64,000 bases of DNA from Vezdaea acicularis (lineage: Eukaryota), in assembly GCA_026025075.1 (NCBI GenBank), contig JAPEUI010000004.1:1-64000 (forward strand). The letters are read 5' to 3'. Positions 58,875-64,000 of the stretch are shown here, in pieces (position 1 is the first letter of the stretch; each line of letters starts with the position of its first letter). Made by a program: the position numbers and the translations under genes. Under the pieces are notes generated by a model. That model saw only the letters and a program-made list of their open reading frames with translations. It was not told the origin of the DNA and made no database searches.

Positions 58875-58976
58875 GGTGAATGGAGATGATTTCTGGAAAG
58901 TAAAGAATCTTTGAGCAGATGAGGGTGAGGTTATGATGAGGTTGTAAGAAAAGTTTGTGACGTGTTCACTGTCTGT

Positions 58977-60014
58977 CTAAATGTGAACGTTCAGACATTC
59001 ACTTCTCCATCCGCTTCGAAGTGAATAGATGTGCGGCTTGCCTCTCATCCCCAGCACCTCCTTCACTTCCACCAAGCCCACCGGTTCGAACCGGCCTGTC
59101 AAGCTTTATTTGACCCAGCCTTCAATATCCTTTCAAATAGTAACCCGTTCCTCAACAAAGATGTCTAGCGCTCTATGCTCCTCTGTCTTCGCCTTTCTCC
59201 TATCCATCATCCCGGGTTGAGTCCTTGCCTGAAAAGCAGCTCGTGCACCGAGACGTAGTTAGTACCAGAGTCTACGACACCAGTCAGTCATGTATCCTAT
59301 GGCTCCTAGGCCTTCTCCACATAATCTGCGATGAATGTGGAGTATAAATTCCATTCATTAATGAGTAACTAACTACCTACAATCTGCTTAAGCATAGAGC
59401 TGTAACTGAGAACACTACTTTGCGATAACGAGGAGACAATCCTCTTGCACGAAGAAGGAGCGGATTGTGGCACTTAGCCGTCCGCTTCTAGATAAGGCGG
59501 CGGACAGGTCCTATCACTATTGTTTTTTGCTTGTTGGGACGAGGATTTTCTTCGATATCTCCCTCCCTCCTAGAGCCTCTTACTGAGCGCCGTCTCACCT
59601 CGCATCTTCCCTGTTGTCGAGCCACGAAGGTAAGGAGCCGTCGCATCCCGGGGCGCGCTTCGACTGGAGCATTACGTTCAGGCCAAACAGCCAGTATGTA
59701 GTCTTTACTGTCTACCCCTTCTTCTTTATTGCGATAACCCCTTGTATTCTAGGTCGGAGTCTCTTACCATTCTTAATCTCCTGACTCAAAGGTGGTGGAG
59801 GAGGTACGGAGCCGCTCGTTTCGCCAGAGCGGAGGAAGCGGAACAAGGATGTAGCCTTTCCCTCCCAACGCTCTTCCAAGGCTTTCTGGGGCCATATTAC
59901 CTGCGGTTTGTTCTGCAGGTTTGGGAGGGGTTTTTGTAGTCGTTCATATTCGACAATCGAGCTCGTATCATTGACGGAGGGCCGTTGGACAGAAGTGGGG
60001 TATTGAAATGACAT
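58977..60014 (-). pseudogene. Possible decayed gene
   Basis: A 5' ORF from 60014 ends at a GTAAGA donor (59767). A coding-like 3' frame is interrupted by TGA and TAA. Confidence 0.3.
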
Positions 60015-61029
60015 TGATAGTGAAGAGATTGTGCTAGTGGAAAGAGCTAGTTTGAAGGAGGAAGAGAAAGGTGAGGGGCTGTATCTAGCTATGTTTTGTT
60101 AGCTCAAGTAGGTCAAGGTGTGGTAGGGTTTGCCTTGATGCTTCATTGAGGGAAAAACGGTGAGTGGTAAGAGATTATTTTACTCTCAACGCCCGCGACA
60201 AGAGCAGGCGTCCGTTCCGCTCCGCTCTTGATACCGAGGCTAGATTATATGATACTTCTCATGGAAGCCAGGGCATTTGCGAGCCTGTAGAGAGAATGAG
60301 AGGTCTCTTGAGCATCGAGGAGGGACATGTTCGTAGGCCATCCAGGAGCACCCATTGCTCCGGGGGGAGGACAGCGGTTTGCGACCGCGAGAGTCCTGCC
60401 TGCTTCTTGCCAGGACGATAGGCAGAGCACGATGCTTCTCATGGAAGTGTTTTAACCCGTCGAGAGGATGAAGGAGTCTCTCCAGCATCAATAAGGGACG
60501 AGTCCAGTGGGCAATATTCAGGAGCACCCCGAGCAAAGGGGAAAGAAAACAGTCTGCGACCGAGACAGTGATGCCTTCCTCTTCTCAGGAAGTCAGGCAG
60601 AGTACCACACAAGAGGAAAAGCATCATCAGTTTTGATGGACGAGAGAAAAAAAGATTTGGAAGCAATGGTATTTTTGCTTGGGACTCCCGGTCGCCAGGC
60701 ATCCGAAGCCCGAAAGCAGCACCGCCTAGGGGAGGGAGACAAGCTGTGCCCCGTCACCATCCCCTCCTCCCCCACTCCACCCGCCAAAACAGATCCACAA
60801 CGCCATCAGAAGCATCGCAGAATAAGAACGCTAAAGCCAATTAACCTCTCAGAGCCGCTGCAGATCAACCGAATTTGAGATTGGTTCGAGTTGAGGCTTG
60901 TGACGAACGCGTGATTGCAGCGGAGCACGCTCCCAACGCGGCGGTCGTAACGCCTCCAGCAAAACGCCAACGGGACTTCTTCGGGCTCGACCGCAGCAGA
61001 GCTATTCTGTCAAACGAGAGGTCGAATGT

Positions 61030-63680
61030 TATTATCCTGGGGGGCCGATTGTGAGGTCTAGACCTCTGCCACGGCCGTCCGCCGTGGACTTGATCAATTG
61101 CATGACTTCGTGGTTGATGGCGTTTTGAAGGGGGAACGCCTTTCGAGGGTCCAACACGGGCGAGCCTCGGCAGAGGAGGAAGGGACAAACACTCGGCTCG
61201 TAGGAGCGAACCCTAAACGTTGCCGCGGGGCCTTGGCCGTTGCGCCCAGCGTAGTTCGAGAATGCGGATAGGAGGCACATGTTGAAGATACATTGGTCAT
61301 GTCGCTTCTTTGCTCGATTCCCCACTCTCGAACCAGTCACCTTCCTGGCGGGTCAGGTTCGTTGGTGATTCCAATAGTGTGCGTGCACCGGCCAGATCTT
61401 CTTGCGGTCTGCGCTCAATGCGGGGGTCGGGATCCGGGCCGTGCGTCGTTCTTGCCGAATCGGATCGCGGAGGGCCCCGGCCAGCGGTCTGGCGAGAAGG
61501 CGTCGGAGCAGCGACCGTTTTCATTCTCCTGATGAACGATGAACGGCCTGATTATTCTTCCTTCCCCGACTCGGTGCAGCGTCGTCCAGATCCACCAGGG
61601 GAAAGCGAACTGGGCGTGTTGTTTGGAGCGGTCTGGATTGTGCAGGCACGAGGGACGTCGGTGGTGATTTGGAAAAGATCCATGTCTGATGGGCGTCGAT
61701 TGACGGTGGTGATGTGCGCGCTCGCAGACCGCGTCCCGGGTTTTGGGGCAGAGACTGGCCCTGATCGCTCGGCGGGCCCCGGTCGTTTGAGATTCGGCTC
61801 CATCGCCTGCCTCTCCCAGCGACTGTGTCTGCTCGTCTAGCTGCTCCCCTGTCCCCTTTCCCCCCCCCTCCCCCACCGACCGCGTTTCACCCGAGATCCA
61901 TGTCCAGTCTGTTCTGCGCAACGACCGTCTTCGGAGTGTATGTCCTCTCGAAGCATCGCATCAGATATCGCCCAGGACATGGCCTTGGGATTCCTCAGAG
62001 ATCCCCCCTTCCTCATCCGGTTTCTACCCATCAAGTGCGCCCGCGTGACATGGCTCCCCCCAAGCCTTCCGGATGGAGATACTCCCCTACCCCTCCCTCC
62101 CCCCACTTGCGGCCGAAGCAGCGACTTGGCGGGGCGGAAAGGGTCGGGCATCGGCCGTGGCGGCCGTTGAGGGAAAGTGCGGACGGGCAAGGGCGGATAG
62201 GCAGGCTCGACTTGTTGCACGGCACGAACACCGTTGACTTCCCGATTGGGCGCGTGGGGACGCAGCGGGCGCAGAAGCGGGCATCGTTCGATGTTGACAT
62301 CCCTGCGCCTCTCAAGCCTCGTTTTCCCAAGGTAGCGCGGTGCCCTTCGAATCAGGAATCCGCCCGTCGCCGGACAACCGCAGGCGCGAGGGAGGCGCTT
62401 GCCGCTTGCCCTTTGGCGGTCGAAGGATGCCGCGCTAACTCGAAGCGGGTTGAGTCGTTGCACGTGAAGGGCATGAAGAGGAAGCGGCGCTGCAGCAGCC
62501 CCCGTCCGCCCCTCCACCGTCCTCCAACGAACATGGTGCCTGCTGCCTCCGTTCTTTCGCACGTCAATTGCGAATGCTCCAACGACGGTGCGTGATGGCA
62601 TTCTGGTCTAGTGGAGGGACGCCCATCCCCTTTCCCATGCGGCGACTCGGGTCCGACAATGCATTCCGGTCTGTCGCGCGGACGAGGTCATGTCGGCATG
62701 ACTCTCACAACCCACATCTCTCATGGTCCCTCCGGGTCCTGCAGCTCACCGTCGCTCACCCTCAGTGTGACCTTATCCCCCCTTCGCAAAGCCACGACGG
62801 AGTGTCGAGGGCTCCATGCAATGTCCCTTCGCCGACGACTTGTCACCTCAAAGCCGGACGACGGCCGCTTCCCGTCGTTCTCGTGCCCCCACCACGAACG
62901 CACGCTCGCCTGTCAGAAGGATCGACGACGAGCTGTGGCTTGCGCCGCGCGACCAGGGTTCGCGGTCTTGTCGAATACCGCCTCTCGAGATTGGTTGAGA
63001 TGAAGAAACGCAAGGTGTTGGCCGAGGCGGATTGCGGCCGACGCAGCAGACCATTTCGAACGTGAGCGACGCCTCTTGCCCCTCTGGTCGGGGTTGTCGA
63101 TCCACCGTCGTGCTGCCATTGGCTCGACCGCACCGCCATCGCCGCCAAATCTCCCAGCCTAGCACGGCTCCGATCCATGGTTGGGTTGACCTTCGTACCG
63201 TGGGACGTTGCAGCGCTGGTGACTTGACGAGGCGTCCTCTTGTCCCATTGGTGACGTGCGGTCACGAAGGGTCCACGGGGCTCCCCCTCGGACACCTGGG
63301 AGACGAGTGCAACCTCTTAAGGTCGATCTTGGCGGTTGGAAAAGAGCTTTGAAGGCCGGATGGTGACTTCGTTAGGGTCTGCACCCTCCACACAACTCCC
63401 TCACGCTGTCCACCTCCTCGCCAAGAACACCGTCCGCCACGGAAAGCGCCTCTTTTTGAAAGACCCAGGGTGAAGCGCACCAATTTGATGACTGATCCAC
63501 ATCTGCGGCCTTGCTCATCGACAAGGGGGTTTTGGAATGTTCAATCAGCCGGGGTCTGAACTCTTCGTATCTAACCCGAGGAGCCGTCAATGGATTGCCG
63601 GCCTCCAATGCGCTGTAGGGCATCTTTATCCGTGGATGCGACGAGGAGGAGCACGATGAAGCAATTGATCGCCAGGATAG
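61030..63680 (+). ncRNA. TER: Candidate telomerase RNA (minimum extent; true ends unknown)
   Basis: Template-like AACCCTAAAC (61209-61218) lies 8 nt after hairpin CGAGCC/GGCTCG. Four nested long-range helices. P5 CACCTGGG/CCCA(G)GGTG and P6.1 TCTT-TTTGA-AAGA (63451-63463). No credible protein ORF. Confidence 0.7.
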
Positions 63681-64000
63681 ACTTTGTCACCGCTGAGAGA
63701 GGGCCGATCAGCGCCATGGCTACGGACTGGCGGAAGGAATCAGGTCGGCAAAAGGTGCAGCGACGCTCGACTGCGCACGGCATGGGCTGATGAGGCCATC
63801 CAGTGGCGAGAAGGTTCAGCGCGAAAGGGCAGTGAAGAAAGACGTTGGGCGGTCGCCATTCTACAACGGTTGGCTCCCGTGCGGCCTCCGCGCAACGTTC
63901 GCTCGGACTTTATCTCCCACGGGAAGCCGAATGGCAGCAGCCCAATACGAATCAGGGAGCGGCGGCCGCGTCTTGCGCGTGCGCTAACAGCAGAAAAGCG

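Noticed and set aside
59081..59094. GGTTCGA T-loop-like motif
   Set aside because: Part of the palindrome CCGGTTCGAACCGG with no cloverleaf. No tRNA recognised in the window.
61825..62601. 256-aa and 254-aa ORFs on opposite strands
   Set aside because: No domain motifs and R/P/G-rich composition. Overlapping ORFs in many frames are expected in GC-rich non-coding RNA.

Overview
Gene-dense, intron-containing genomic DNA of a filamentous ascomycete (Pezizomycotina-type introns and genes). About 19 protein genes can be modelled: GABA aminotransferase (UGA1/gatA), SET2, an AT-hook protein, an SDR oxidoreductase, Swi5/Sae3, GPI mannosyltransferase 4 (SMP3), SKP1, a full-length ABCB multidrug transporter, YTP1, RPB6, a class II sirtuin, a mitochondrial CDF transporter, an uncharacterised membrane protein, exportin-T (LOS1), MesA/Afi1, SEC23, RPL12, O-GlcNAc transferase and a small orphan gene. 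The most notable element is non-coding. The last ~3 kb (about 60.9-64.0 kb) has no credible ORF but shows, on the + strand, the layout of a fungal telomerase RNA. It has a boundary hairpin, a template AACCCUAAAC that best fits a TTTAGGG repeat, nested long-range helices and a P5/P6/P6.1 junction. The pseudoknot and the RNA ends could not be resolved by eye. Secondary signals are a structured H/ACA-like RNA locus at ~28.2-28.7 kb and two probable decayed genes. All family calls and base pairings were made by eye, with no database search or folding program.
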